From Octopus bimaculoides (Eukaryota), in the NCBI RefSeq assembly GCF_001194135.2, contig NC_068993.1, positions 60,686,527 through 60,750,526 of the forward strand: a stretch of DNA of 64,000 nucleotides, written 5' to 3'. Within the stretch, counting starts at the first letter, position 1. Each line of letters begins with the position of its first letter. The position numbers and the translations under genes were made by a program. The notes below the pieces were generated by a model that worked only from the letters and a program-made list of their open reading frames with translations, was not told the DNA's origin and ran no database searches. Shown piece by piece: positions 26,834 to 39,723 of the stretch.

Positions 26834-28692
26834 GTATGTATGTACGTATGTGTGTGTGTATGTATGTGTGCGTTCTTGTTACGAAATGCAAACGAGGAAA
26901 AGAATACTCGATACGTCTTGTAAAGATGATTTATTTGTGAAATGATTGTGAGTTCCTCCAAAGCAAAGCTACGTGAAATTTGACCGGAGCCGTTCGTGCA
27001 GGCTTTTTGGGGAATGAATGGCTAGAAAGGAAGCAGGTAAATGGGATTTACCTGCTCTCCTTTGTTAGCTGAATGTAATCATCGTCATATGCTCTCTTTT
27101 TTCGTATTGGTGGAAGTCAGGTAATATGATTAATTGCTTCCAACTTGACTTCGAAACTAAGTACCGAGCATTAATTGCAGTGGATGCAGTCAAACACGGA
27201 CCCTTAAAAAAATTATAAACTAGGTCTTTATTCGATCGCATTCACTTTAGCGTACGCCTGGTACTTCGTTTACATATCATGTTGGTATGTGTACAATAGT
27301 TGGTTTCGTGGATTGAAAAGGATCCAATTATTTGCTACAAAACATTGCTTATGACATTTTATTGGTTTCATCAATCACCGATCTCCGATCTCACATTTAT
27401 AGAATAATAACGAACAGCTTTGAAATACTGAAATATTAAATATTAGACGTTGCTTAAATGATTTGAAGTGCTTATTTTTGATAGCATCCACTAGATAAAG
27501 AGAAACAGAAAAATACACTATGTCTGATGTCTAAAAAATACAATTAATAAAGTGATTTTTGTCATACCTAATGTAATAATCCGAGAAATTATACCTTATC
27601 TTTAATGAGGAGGTAAAGAAAATCTTCTTTTGGACAAAAAATATTGAAGGGAGACAAACACGGAATTGAAAATGGTAAAACTGGTGATGCATCCAAATTT
27701 TAATGAATTAAAATCACATGGCGCTTTGTATTGAGCTCTCGCCAACTTTATTAAATAATTACATTTAACCATATCACTTTCTGATATCAAATTTTGCTGC
27801 TGTTCGATTTTGCCCCTTACCTATACAAAGTCAATAATAAAATTACAAATAATATAGTGTGATCTACTCAATGACAAATAATCCTTCTCAGACAAAAATA
27901 TCGGCCGCCTTGCAACCAGCAGAAATCAATATTTATCTATTGAGATATTGTATAACAACATTTGACATTCTCATCACTGTGTATATTGAATACAAGATGT
28001 AATCTAATAACTACAAGATTGAGTTTAGATACTCTCAACATCTTGTCACTTAATAATTACTACTTGAAAGTGCGGATGAAGAAGTGGATAAGATAAGAGA
28101 CAACTAACCAAGAGGTTGGTAGTTTGTTCCTTCTCGCCATTAATGCGTTATGCGCATGGCCAAGACACATAAATCTCAAATGGATCACTACACCTCACTA
28201 CAGATTGATAATACTGAGTGGGAACAACTTTACTTCTGCAACAAGTTGGAGCAGCGTTGTAAACTTATCAAATGGTTAATTAGCTTTCGATGCTAAATTC
28301 AACATGTCTCATAACTTCAGTATTAATCAGCACTCAACCGAGAGTGCAGTTTCAATTGTCAGAGTCACTGTGTCGTTGTGTTTCGTTTCGAGAACTAGTT
28401 ATAGGTTGGTGTGTAGCAGTGTCTTGCATATTAAATGGATCAAGTAAGAGAGATAGCTCACTCACAAACATGCGCGCGCACACAGGGGATAGATACACAT
28501 TTGTATATAGAAAAGATAAAAGATTCTCTAAATAAAAGACCAGCTGGAGCTTCGTAAATCATGAGAAAGGTGACAAACTCTTCCAAGTTTGCGCTAAATA
28601 ATCTGGAAATTTCTCCTCTATTTACGCACGGCATACATCCACCAATACATATATACATGTATATATACATACATACATACATACATGTATAT

Positions 28693-28724
<32 letters not shown>

Positions 28725-29759
28725 TTATATATATATACATACATATACACACACATACACACACACGCATGCACACTCGCACACGCACATGCACACGCAC
28801 ACTCACATGCACATGCGCACACACACATATTGTTATATTTCGGGACGGTCATTTGTTATTTGCCTGTTAAACACACGGACTATGTATTAGTTCTTCACTC
28901 AAATATGATTGCCCTGATTTTATCTTTTGTTCATTGTCTGGAAAACTTTCATCACACACCTGTGACCTCTTCAACGAATCTTCCATACCACGCGTCTTTT
29001 CCTGTTCATACCACGGAAACGTTGGGACATACCAGCAGATGGGGTTTTTTTTACACCATTTTGCATATAGTCATAGAAGGTGATTTAGCTTGCACCTCAC
29101 CTCGATTCGGGTACGCGGTATTGACAAACCACAATGATAACGAAACATTAATGTCTATCGCTCCTGTAACGACACTTGATGCGAGTTATCTCACTTGTCT
29201 ATCACTTCCTGGTGTTTTAGCACGAGGCGAAATAACGAGAATATATTCTCTTAATCGAGAATATATTCTCTTAATTTCAGCTCGTCCACGAACTGACAAA
29301 TCATATACCTTGTGTATATGTGTTCAATATCGTTTATGTATATATATATTGAACCCATCTCATTCACATTATTGCTACCTTTTTGAAGCAAACTAAACGA
29401 AGGAAGTGTATTGTTTGTTTACATATAAGATGGAATTATATAATCAAATATTATTACGTACAAAATGAAAGTGAAACGAAGCAAGCCGATATGTAGATAT
29501 TTAATAGCAATGTAGTCTTAGTATTACTTATATTGAAAAGAAAAATACTAAAAATATACTTACCATTTTTAACGTTGTGAAATATTAATACTTAGTAAAA
29601 CGTCGGCAAAGCATATAACAGTTGAAAATTTAAAATTTAAAGCAGACAGCTATAAGATGAGATATTGCAAAGCAGTTTTTAACAGAACGTGCATTTAATA
29701 TTAAAAATGATGATAAATAAAGGAAAACTATTATATATATATATATATATGTTATAACC

Positions 29760-30151
29760 TTTTACTCTTTTACTCTTTTGCTTGCTTCAGTCATTTGACT
29801 GCGGCCATGCTGGAGCACCACCTTTAGTCGAGCAAATCGACCCCAGGACTTATTCTCTGTAAGCCTAGTACTTATTCTTCCGGGCTCTTTTGTCGAACCG
29901 CTAAGTTACGGGGACGTAAACACACTAGCATCGGTTGTCAAGCGATGTTAGGAGGACAAACACAGACACACAAACACATATATATATACATATACATATA
30001 TACGACGGGCTTCTTTCAGTTTTCGTCTACCAAATCCATTCACAATGCTTTGGTCGGCCTGAGGCTATAGTAGAAGACATTTATTTAAGGTGCCACGCAG
30101 TGGGAATGAACCTGGAACCATGTGGTTGGTGGGCAAGCTTCTTACCACACA
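29760..30151 (-). mobile_element. SINE family A, near full-length, with internal microsatellite
   Basis: tRNA-like head (tgtggtaagaagcttgcc...gttccaggttcattccc, read on minus), body, internal (AT/AC) tract and (AAAAGAGT)n-like tail. It matches five other copies in the window. Confidence 0.95.
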
Positions 30152-30198
30152 GGAGGAGGAAGAGGAGGAGGAGGAGGAGGAGGAGGAGGAGGGGAGGA

Positions 30199-30522
30199 GC
30201 ACTCCGTCGGTTACGACGTCGAGGGTCCCAGCTGATACGATCAACAGAACAGTTTGATCGTGAAATTCACGTGGAAGAGACTGAGCTCTCCACAGACACG
30301 TGTACCCTTAACGTAGTTCTTAGGGGGGATTCAACGTGACACAGAGCGTGACAAGACTGGCCCTTTGAAATATAGGTACTAATCATTTTTGCCAGCTGAG
30401 TGGACTGGAACAACGTGAAATAAAGTGTCTTGCTCAAGGACACAACGCGTCGCCGGGAATTGAAGTCAAGACCTTACAATCGTGAGCCGATTACCCTAAC
30501 CACTAAGCCACGCTCCTTCACA
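30199..30522 (-). mobile_element. tRNA-derived CORE-type SINE with family-B tail, near full-length
   Basis: On minus: gtggcttagtggttaggg (A box), gacttcaattccc (B box), gtgtccttgagcaagacacttt...ccagtccactcagctg (CORE-like), then the B tail. Confidence 0.93.
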
Positions 30523-31709
30523 TTTGTATTGTATATATGAACTGTATATATATATATATATATGTATTGCATGTATGTATTGTATATGTGTGCTGTGTAG
30601 ACAGGAATAAGATCACATGGTGTGTCTTAATTAATGCCACAGCGCCCCATACGGGTGAGATATCGAATCCAGGAACCTATGATCATAAACCCAGGATTAT
30701 AATCACTAAGCCACAACCCTTAAGGCACATACGCGCACGCGCGCCCACCTACGCACTCGCAGATCACTGATCGTACAACCACCGGAACGTTAAACTTTGT
30801 GTTCTGCTTTTGCTGATGCCGTTTGTTGGTGCTGTTGTTGTTGTTGATGCCCTTGTTGTTGTTGTTGTTTTCGTTGTTATTGTCCTTTTGATAATATTTG
30901 TAATTGTTCGTGTTGTTATGATAGTAGTCGTTGCTATTGCTGTCACCGTGATATCCTCTTAGCCATTGTTGCTGTTCTTCTTGTTGTTGCAGTTGTGGTG
31001 ACAGTGACCATATTTCTTGCTTTCATTCTTGTCATCGTTGTCATGATGGTAGTGCCATCTATTTGATGTTTTTCTTGTTGTTATAGTTGTTCTAGTTGTT
31101 GTTGTTGTTCATGTTGCTGTTGGTGTTGTTGTTGTTGTTGTTGTTCTTCTTCTTCTTCTTCTTCTTCTTCTATTAACATATTTCTTGCTGTTATGGTTGT
31201 AATAATAACGTTATTTCCATTGTTGTTGTTGTTGTTGGTGTTGTTGCTTTTGTGGCTGTGTTTGTCTTTCCAGCCGTTATTGTTACCAGTGTTGTTATGG
31301 CAGCCTTTGTTGTTGTTGTTGCTGTTGTTGTTGTTGTTGCGGTCGATAACGACCGTTTATGTCCGGCGATAGAGATCAGGCATCTTTCTTTATGGCTGAC
31401 ATTTTCAACACCTGAAGGAATCATAAGCAATAAATGAGATAAAAGCCAGACCATCAAATATTGGCAAGAATCTACGGAAGACGAAAAGTGAAGCAATCTT
31501 GACGCACACAACACGTGCTACCGTCACTGGAGAATCTCAGAATTGGAATGTGGACGAGAGCATACACACACTTACACACACATACGATCACACATATACA
31601 CATACATGTATATACATTTGCACATACACACGTGGCGCGCGCACACACACACACAGACACACAAATATATCTACGAGGCTGAGGTGTGGAACTCCAATAT
31701 TTTCCATAG

Positions 31710-31753
<44 letters not shown>

Positions 31754-31833
31754 TTACTGCCAACAACAATACCATTGATAGCATTAATAATACTACAAAT
31801 GACACTGGGCAAGATATAGAAAGTGAAGATTTT

Positions 31834-31874
<41 letters not shown>

Positions 31875-33174
31875 TGATGATGATGATAATAATAATAATG
31901 GTTCTTTTATTTTCTTTTGATGATGATGAGGATGATAATGATATGATGATAATTATTGTTTATTTGCTCCAATAGCCTAAAAATATAGAGTACAATATAA
32001 GAACAGGAATCGAAGAAAATGCAAAAAATAAAGCAAAAATAATTAACAAGAAAATTGATAACAAATTCCTCAAAAAGAGTGATTCCCACCCATGACCAAA
32101 CAAGGAACGCCACTGATCCTGGACCATTCAATCCGCCAAAAGGTATCACATGGAGGTGCTCTTCTCCTCCAAGATGCATCCATACAATGGAAACAGTGTC
32201 ATAAAATAGCTGCTATATAATATGTGGCTATGTACAAATACATACATACATACACACACACACGTGCACACACACTGACACATTCGATCGCCCACATACA
32301 CACACACCCACACAGAACTATAGCAGGTGGAACAGGTTAATAAATTTATTTAAGAAAATAGATAAAATGATTTATAAGGTACCCTGATCTTTGGTAGGGA
32401 TCAGAGTGACTTCAATCTTGCTCCGATCATCCACTGAAAACTGGGTCTTTTGAAATAACACAAGAAAAGGATGGGCCTTAGTTGCCCCATGAAATCTCAC
32501 ATATTTTCCCAAAGTGGTGCTCCTTTAGCTGTCGATAGTAACCCTATTCCTAACCTTGTTAATTTTATTACTGAGTTTGAAGTTGCTGAACTCTTATGTT
32601 TCGTTCCGATTAATATCGAAGCTGCGACCAGCAATACTGTGGAAAACAGCATCAGTCATCATGGCCTTAACTTCCGCAAACAGCTACTGTCGCCATCTCT
32701 ATCGATGTATGCTACTCCGATTTAATTTTTGCTTCCTTTTCTGTCTTGGAGACCTTCAAGAGAAATTCACAACTTCTTAGGACTTCTACTTTGCATCACC
32801 AGTCCGACAAGTCTTCTCCATAATCCTTCAAAACGGCACATTTCTGGAATAATCCTATGTTCTTCGGAGGTCACAAGACCTAGATATTCACGAAGACGGC
32901 TCTACGACAACTGCTTCCGTGTAAATATGAAATTGTGATGCGTCATATAATTTGAAGCTATTGTGAAATATCTTAACTTCATCTAACACACACCTTCAGC
33001 CTAAGACATTTGTCCAAGGGAAATTGCCTTCTGACAATTATCTTGGTAACTATGAAGATCATTCCTGTCAGCAAGTGTCGCACATCTTCGCTTTCACAAT
33101 CTTCTTTTATTGTACGAAAACCGTGCCAACAAGTCAAGAGCTTAACCTGAATAGCGATATTTATGGCCCTGATC

Positions 33175-33353
33175 AAGGCGGTGAGTTGGAAGAAACATTA
33201 GCTCGCGGAGCCATTCGTCTTCACGTACTGAGTACATATTCCACCGCGGTCGACTTTGCCTTTCATCCTTTCGGGGTCGATAAAATATGTACCAATGAAA
33301 TCGACTTAACCCCTAAACTTGCGGACCTTGTGCCACGATTTGAAACCAAAATC
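33175..33353 (+). mobile_element. SINE family M, internally deleted copy
   Basis: aaggcggtgagttggaagaa head, gtcgactttgcctttcatcctttcggggtcgataaaat central block, ccttgtgcc..tttgaaacc tail. Confidence 0.9.
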
Positions 33354-33701
33354 AATGGCTCTGATCCTTGCATTCCCTTTTCCTCATCTACTGCAGCACC
33401 CACCTATACTCGAGAGCAAAACATGAATTGTACTTCGTTCTCGCTATGTACTCGATATTAATCACCAAGTATAACCCTTCTATATTCTCTGTCTCAATCA
33501 TGTGAGCGCACTTCCTGCCCAACACTAGTCAGAGCTCTCTCGAGCATATGAACGAACTCATTCTTTTAAATGGAGATCCATTAATTTCCTTCCATTCGTA
33601 AGTTCATCTTCCATGTTTTTTCGCTTGAAGTTGACCCACGTCCAGAACCACTACATGACTTGGGACAAAAGTATTTGCTTTTGTTTGTGCTGACGTTTTC
33701 T

Positions 33702-33958
33702 TTTAACTTGGCGCCTTTACCACCTTTTTGCGGTTTAACTTAGCGTCTATACTACCTTTTCCCGGTTTAACTTAACGCCTTTACCACGTTTTTCCAGTTT
33801 CACTTCGCGTCTTTACCACCTTTTTTTCCGGTTTAACTTAGCGTCTTTACCACCTTTTTCCGGTTTAACTTAGCGTCTTCACTACTTTTTTCTGGTTTAA
33901 CTTAGCGTCTTTACGACCTTTTTCTTGTTTAATTTGGCGTTTTTACCACCTTTTTTCG
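33702..33958. repeat. 32-bp minisatellite x8 (consensus TTTAACTTAGCGTCTTTACCACCTTTTTCCGG)
   Basis: Units start at 33702, 33734, 33766, 33798, 33832, 33864, 33896 and 33928. Confidence 0.95.
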
Positions 33959-34865
33959 TTTCTGCTTTTCAAACTGTAAACGTTTATCTTTATAACAGTA
34001 TCTTTCATTTTTCTGACTTTAACTCTTTTTTCATTTAATTTGTATTTCCAAAAGTCTAAGGGTTGCATTCTATGCTACCATCCTTTCTTACTCCCACAAC
34101 TGCAGTCATTTTGGATCATGAATGAATAATAAAAATGGTCACGGTGCAAAAATATCGACACAGTTAAATACAATGTTTGGACCAATTCGATAATAGTGTG
34201 GATGTTTAACACTTTGAAGCTTTTTGTTAGTAAAATAGAAACGAAGCGAATACTTTTATCTTGTCAAGTAATCCAATAAGATAATATCTTTTAAATACGA
34301 TGAATTCGACCGTGAACAACAACCTATAACAAGACATTATAAACCTAACATTATTTCTTCTTAGCAAAACTGGAAATAGCACATTAACTATCGACATAGC
34401 ACTAACACGTGACTATGATATTTTGTAAAAGCAAAGTGAAAAACTATGCAGTTACACCGACCTCAATGTTGAATTAAAAGTATTATGCCAGTAAAGGAAA
34501 GCCTATTACCAATTTGTAATTGTCACACAACCCAAGTGATACAATATAATTTCCGTAATGACATTGCCAAATTATCTATATAGATAGAGTTGGTCACGTT
34601 CCAGTAAATAGTAATTCTTGTATTTGTAAGCTACGTTAGATCGTTTGCAGACATCATTTGTAGGATTTGAACGGTTTCGTTAACCACAAATATACTTGTC
34701 AATGCTAAACATTCTCGTTAACCTTGAATTATCTTCGTTAATCCTGAATGCGTCAAGTTTTTAACTGAACAGTTTTCTTAAACATTTTCCTGAATCATAA
34801 ATTTCCATTTAATATTCTCTGTGATGTACCAAATTCATCTTTCGAAAAAAAAAAAATTATAATAA

Positions 34866-34990
34866 GCTTTTCTAATTTTGGCGCAAAGTCAGCAATTTTG
34901 AAGGAAGAGATCAGTCGATTAGTCGGTTATATCGACCCAAGGCTTAACTGGTACTAAATGAAAGCAAAATTGGCTTCCACGGGATTTTAA
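34866..34990 (-). mobile_element. SINE family M, 3' fragment
   Basis: ttctaattttggcgcaaag, agtcgatt, atcgaccc and ctggtact correspond to the reverse complement of the family M tail. Confidence 0.6.
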
Positions 34991-35463
34991 CTGTATTTCG
35001 TTGTGCGACCTTAATATACTACCAAGAGTATTAAAGGCTTTCTAAGTCTATTGTATCCTATCGTGTTAGCAGTGCGATTCAATTACTTTTTTAATGCTCT
35101 CACCACAGATTTTCTATCGAAATTACACCCAGCAATCTTGTTTCGTTGTTGAGACTCCTTGTTGGATGTCGTCATGTTGTAGGTGTTCATGATGTTACCG
35201 GAAAGCACTATGTTATTACTGTTGCTAAAATTATTGCTTTAAAGAAGTCGCATTTTAGTTTCGCTTTCAAACATCTATTTAACGTAAACGCTCCTATTAG
35301 CATAGGCGTAAATTTACTGTAAATTTATTGTGCCATGTTGTATTTTTAACAGAGATTTTTAAGTTCATGACCATAACATTTATATCATTACTCAAAATAA
35401 TATAATCTTACAAACATAACACTCCACAACAACACATGTAAAAACAACCAACTACTTAATCAC

Positions 35464-35519
<56 letters not shown>

Positions 35520-36277
35520 GAAAGATATATATATATATATATATAGATATATAGATATATGTATGTATATATGTATATATGTATATATGTATACAAATTT
35601 ATAAAGCCTATTTTTCGATAAATCGACTCTATATAAACATGTTTTATTCAGGATATTTATTTATATAGTTTTGAATAGTGGAATTAACGAAAAAAAAAGA
35701 AAGCTAAAACTTAATTCATTGGATAATAATACTGAAAATAAATACGAAAAATCCATACACAAACATACACGCGTATGCACCCATGCGTGTGTACAGACGT
35801 ATAGATAACCGCTATCAGCACATGTTTGTACATAACCTCAAACATACACACACACACTATATGAGCATTTCATTATGTTTTCATTTCAATAGATTATTTT
35901 TTTAACGTATTTGCTTGCATTTTCCTTTGTGTTATCAGTTTAATTTTTATAGTTGTTTTAATTTGATTTTTCCTCTTTTGCTTACGAGATTTTATAGCTT
36001 ATTCTCATGTAATCAGTGTGATTGTTAAATTGAAAATGGTTATAAAACTTAAATAATAAAGTTTTATTTATGTTCGCGGTAACACAAACGTTAATGATAC
36101 TATTAAATAGCAGTTAAAACAATCATGAGATAGCTATTATGTTATAGATCTTGATTGCTTTCATATGATATATTTTCTCCTATAAATTATTTAGAGGGCC
36201 CGGAACAAGCGGATCAATGGGAATGGTCACAAGAGACGTTGTGCACTTTATATTCTTTCTGTGTATTTGTGTGTCTG

Positions 36278-36344
<67 letters not shown>

Positions 36345-36404
36345 GCGTGTTTGTGACTGGTTGTTACTGTTTAGCTTTCTGTCAACTCTGATTGAGAAAA
36401 TCTA

Positions 36405-36560
36405 AAATCAAAGGCATTCCATGCGTGGCGATCACTGTTTAAGTGGCATATAACTATCCTCGCTGTGTTCTGCCCTGATTTGAGGTGGTAGATAAAGTGT
36501 GATTTTGAGGTGTATTTAGCTATTATTTCTGCAAGATCGAACAACGATCTAGAGGTTCCT
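36405..36560 (+). repeat. Repeat X copy whose 3' end forms the adjacent minisatellite unit
   Basis: tcaaaggcattcc (block 1) and gtgattttgaggtgtatttagctattatttct (block 2), running directly into the 41-bp array. Confidence 0.7.
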
Positions 36561-36828
36561 ATGTTGGTTTGTAACAGTTAAGCAACGATCTAGAGGTTCC
36601 TATGTTGGTTTGTAACAGTTAAGCAACGATCTAGAGGTTCCTATGTTGGTTCGTAAGAGTTAAGCAACGATCTAGAGGTTCCTATGTTGGTTCGTAACAG
36701 TTAAGCAACGATCTAGAGGTTCCTATGTTGGTTCGTTACGGTTAAGCAACGATCTAGAGGTTCCTATGTTGGTTCGTAACAGTTAAGCAACGATCTAGAG
36801 GTTCCTATGTTGGTTTGTAACGGTTAAG
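36542..36828. repeat. 41-bp minisatellite x7 (CAACGATCTAGAGGTTCCTATGTTGGTTYGTAACRGTTAAG)
   Basis: Seven units of exactly 41 bp starting at 36542, 36583, 36624, 36665, 36706, 36747 and 36788. Confidence 0.98.
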
Positions 36829-37336
36829 CCAATAGAAGGGGAAGCTATCCATGAAATTCATTGGGAACAGAATATTATCGACAAATTGGCGTATCTATAA
36901 AGATAATCACGTGTCTTCTGCGAAAATAAGAATCGTATAAATATCATATATTCTACTTCATCCATTCCATGAACAGATTATGCAGTTTGTCAGCAATAAA
37001 TTAAACAAAATGATACTCATATTTAATTCATCTATAATGTCAACACTATCGTTTGAGACGAGTGAATACTTTTGGATGTCAATGTATTAATAATGGTTTC
37101 TTAACCTGGCAGAAGATGATTAGATAACCTCTTCCAATGGACACGATCGACTAAACTGAACCCTCCTCTACCTGCCTGGTATTTATTCCCAGAAAATATG
37201 ACGTTCAAAGTTGATTTTTGGGTAATTGAGTTTGAACTCCATCCATTTATTCATTTTGCCGACCACTATTCCTGGAGCGAGGGCTGAGAGGAAGTCCTCA
37301 AGCACAGGGCTCTATCAGAAACAGCTGCCATTAGAC

Positions 37337-37371
<35 letters not shown>

Positions 37372-37727
37372 NNNNNNNNNNNNNNNNNNNNNNNNNNNNN
37401 NNNNNNNNNNNNNNNNNNNNNNNNNNNNNNNNNNNNNNNNNNNNNNNNNNNNNNNNNNNNNNNNNNNNNNNNNNNNNNNNNNNNNNNNNNNNNNNNNNNN
37501 NNNNNNNNNNNNNNNNNNNNNNNNNNNNNNNNNNNNNNNNNNNNNNNNNNNNNNNNNNNNNNNNNNNNNNNNNNNNNNNNNNNNNNNNNNNNNNNNNNNN
37601 NNNNNNNNNNNNNNNNNNNNNNNNNNNNNNNNNNNNNNNNNNNNNNNNNNNNNNNNNNNNNNNNNNNNNNNNNNNNNNNNNNNNNNNNNNNNNNNNNNNN
37701 NNNNNNNNNNNNNNNNNNNNNNNNNNN

Positions 37728-37765
<38 letters not shown>

Positions 37766-37800
37766 CTACGCTTATGCAGCTATGCTCTATGATCTCGTTT

Positions 37801-37832
<32 letters not shown>

Positions 37833-38099
37833 CGTGTATATATACATGTTTTATGTTTCTATATCTATGTCATGTACTTTCAAGCCATTTATGTCTTCTT
37901 TGTCATTTGTGAATCTCATCTTTTAACTCAAACTAAATCTCCGACAGCTCCTCGTTTCTTTATATTCTTTTGTGTTTTAACTTTCTACTGTCTCCAACAT
38001 CTTCGGTTCTCCAGGCAAATAAAAGAAAACATTAGTATTTTAATTCCTATTGTTGTCTTGTTGTCATCGTCGTCATTATCATCATCATCATTATCATTG

Positions 38100-38130
<31 letters not shown>

Positions 38131-38159
38131 TATTACACTGGTGCATGGTAATTTAATTA

Positions 38160-38830
38160 GCAGGAATTCTGTTGTCAGGGAACAGCGCTGACAACAGGTC
38201 TCCTCAGTTCTTTGACTAGATCCTGATATTTCCAAATTGCTAAATTTCTTTGGTATTGACTCTTCTGTCATAGCGAATTGCAAAACCTATGATCTTAGAC
38301 TGTTTGTTTATTTTGTCTTCTATAATCATGCTTGGTCATTTTGCTTCAATAGTACTGTCGGTCTTTATGGGAAATCCTACAAGATCTTGTAATTCTCATC
38401 TTCTATCACAGTTTTTATTTCATGTTCGCACCACACTGTTCTTTTCAAGTCACACACTTTGCTAACACTTCAATGCAATCTTTTGCCTACACGGTCACGT
38501 CTGCGCTTATACTCCTTTTGTGTTAGCATACTGTAATTGTTCAAAAGACGATTGATACTTCTGTCTCCTTTCCTGCCGATTCTACATTTACAGTCTGACT
38601 CAGTTTTGTCGATCTTTGCCTTGATCAGATTTGTTCTAAAGACTTGTGCCTCGGCAGCTACAAGAAACATTTCTGTCTCTCGATTCAAGTTCCTGTCTCT
38701 TAATCATAGCCAGCTATCTTTACTTTCAAAATTCTTGATTTCTCATTATTATCATCATATAACTGTTCAATATTTGGTAGTTTGAGGCAAATTTCTATTG
38801 CATCACCTGCCACGCCTTTGTGTTGCTGGG
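38160..38830 (-). mobile_element. R4/Dong-clade non-LTR retrotransposon fossil: post-RT region, CCHC finger and RLE (PD..D/ExK) endonuclease
   Basis: Translation: NRETEMFLVAAEAQVFRTNLIKAKIDKTESDCKCR...TQKEYKRRRDRVGKRLH*...WCEHEIKTVIEDENYKIL*DFPIKTDSTIEAK*PSMIIEDKINKQSKIIGFAIRYDRRVNTKE. This is collinear with the typical R4/Dong C-terminus (ETE.LI.AAQ.Q...CRLC...QKEYKRRHD...WYEH....ILWDF.IQTD....RRPD). Several stops are present. Confidence 0.93.
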
Positions 38831-38929
38831 GTGTCACCAGCATCGTGTGTTCTTTTCTGCTGTGGGAAATGTTAAAATTCTTCCCATACTGTATTGTGTT
38901 CGTTTTGTTTTGTTTTGTTTTTTTCTCTT

Positions 38930-39263
38930 GAAGTGTAGTGCAATCTTTTGTTGTTTTACTGCTTGTATTATGTGTTGATTGTTTAATGGTTTGGCGTTCT
39001 GGATTGCTGGTGGAAGTTTATTTCTCTGGTAAATACTGTATAGAGCGTGTCTTGTATTTGTAGGTCGTTTTGTTTAGGCTGCATTATTGGATTGATAATG
39101 TCTTGCATAGGATGTGGGTTGTTCCTAGTAGGGCTATTTTTCAGCAGTGTGTCGTGTTGAGGATCCAGGTATAGCTTCTACGATTTTGTTCATATGTTCT
39201 TCCATCATGCCCAATGCTCCGACTATTATTGATATTATTTTTACCTTCATTCCCCACATTTTG
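38930..39263 (-). mobile_element. R4/Dong-type retrotransposon 3' end (ORF terminus plus 3' UTR)
   Basis: KMWGMKVKIISIIVGALGM...IALLGTTHILCKTLSIQ* (stop at 39084-39086); homologous to 58636-58773. Confidence 0.85.
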
Positions 39264-39264
39264 A

Positions 39265-39265
<1 letters not shown>

Positions 39266-39324
<59 letters not shown>
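39266..39324. repeat. (ATT)n microsatellite, about 20 units, serving as tail of element Y and separating it from the Dong fragment
   Basis: Direct reading. Confidence 0.95.
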
Positions 39325-39415
39325 GAGTGAGAGAGCTGCGCATGCCATCAAAGTGACATTGGGGCACAAATATATGAAGCCCAATATACCCATTATGACT
39401 ACCAGTCTCATAAGG
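39325..39415 (-). mobile_element. Element Y: 3' end of an unclassified (AAT)n-tailed retroelement, copy 1
   Basis: gagtgagagagctgcgcatgccatcaaagtgacattgggg... matches 39489-39580 and the reverse complement of 59260-59353. Confidence 0.8.
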
Positions 39416-39488
39416 CTATCATTACTGAGCGAAGGAGCGGCGCGTGCCCATGTTTATTATTATTATTGTTATCGTTGTGGTTGTTGTT

Positions 39489-39723
39489 GAGTAAGAGAGC
39501 TGTGTATGCCATCAAAATGACACTGGGGTAAAATATACGCAGCCCATTAAACCCATCACGACTACCCGTTTGATAATGGTACACCAGGCGCATGCATCAC
39601 AACCATATGTGCACGACATGCTGATCTCATATCAAGATAAACAGCGCATGACCTCGCAGGGGCAGCCCAGTTAGAATTTTCTTCAGGTCTAGTAGCCCAT
39701 CCCGCTCAAAAGGTCCCTGAATA
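39489..39723 (-). mobile_element. Element Y, copy 2 (longer, 5'-truncated)
   Basis: Same 3' terminus as copy 1, flanked on both sides by AAT/AAC-type repeats. Confidence 0.8.

Noticed and set aside
31955-32200. Possible LINE 3' end on minus (AATAAA followed by ATT/ATC repeats)
   Set aside because: No convincing protein motif and no second copy in the window.
32480-33150. Higher-complexity segment resembling decayed coding DNA (for example SKTEKEA, reminiscent of Gypsy RNase H)
   Set aside because: No ordered set of motifs could be assembled in any frame, so it is left unassigned pending a tfasty/Dfam search.
36542-36828. CRISPR-like appearance of the 41-bp array (invariant block plus variable block)
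   Set aside because: The variable part is only point variants of one sequence and not unique spacers. There are no cas genes and the context is eukaryotic.
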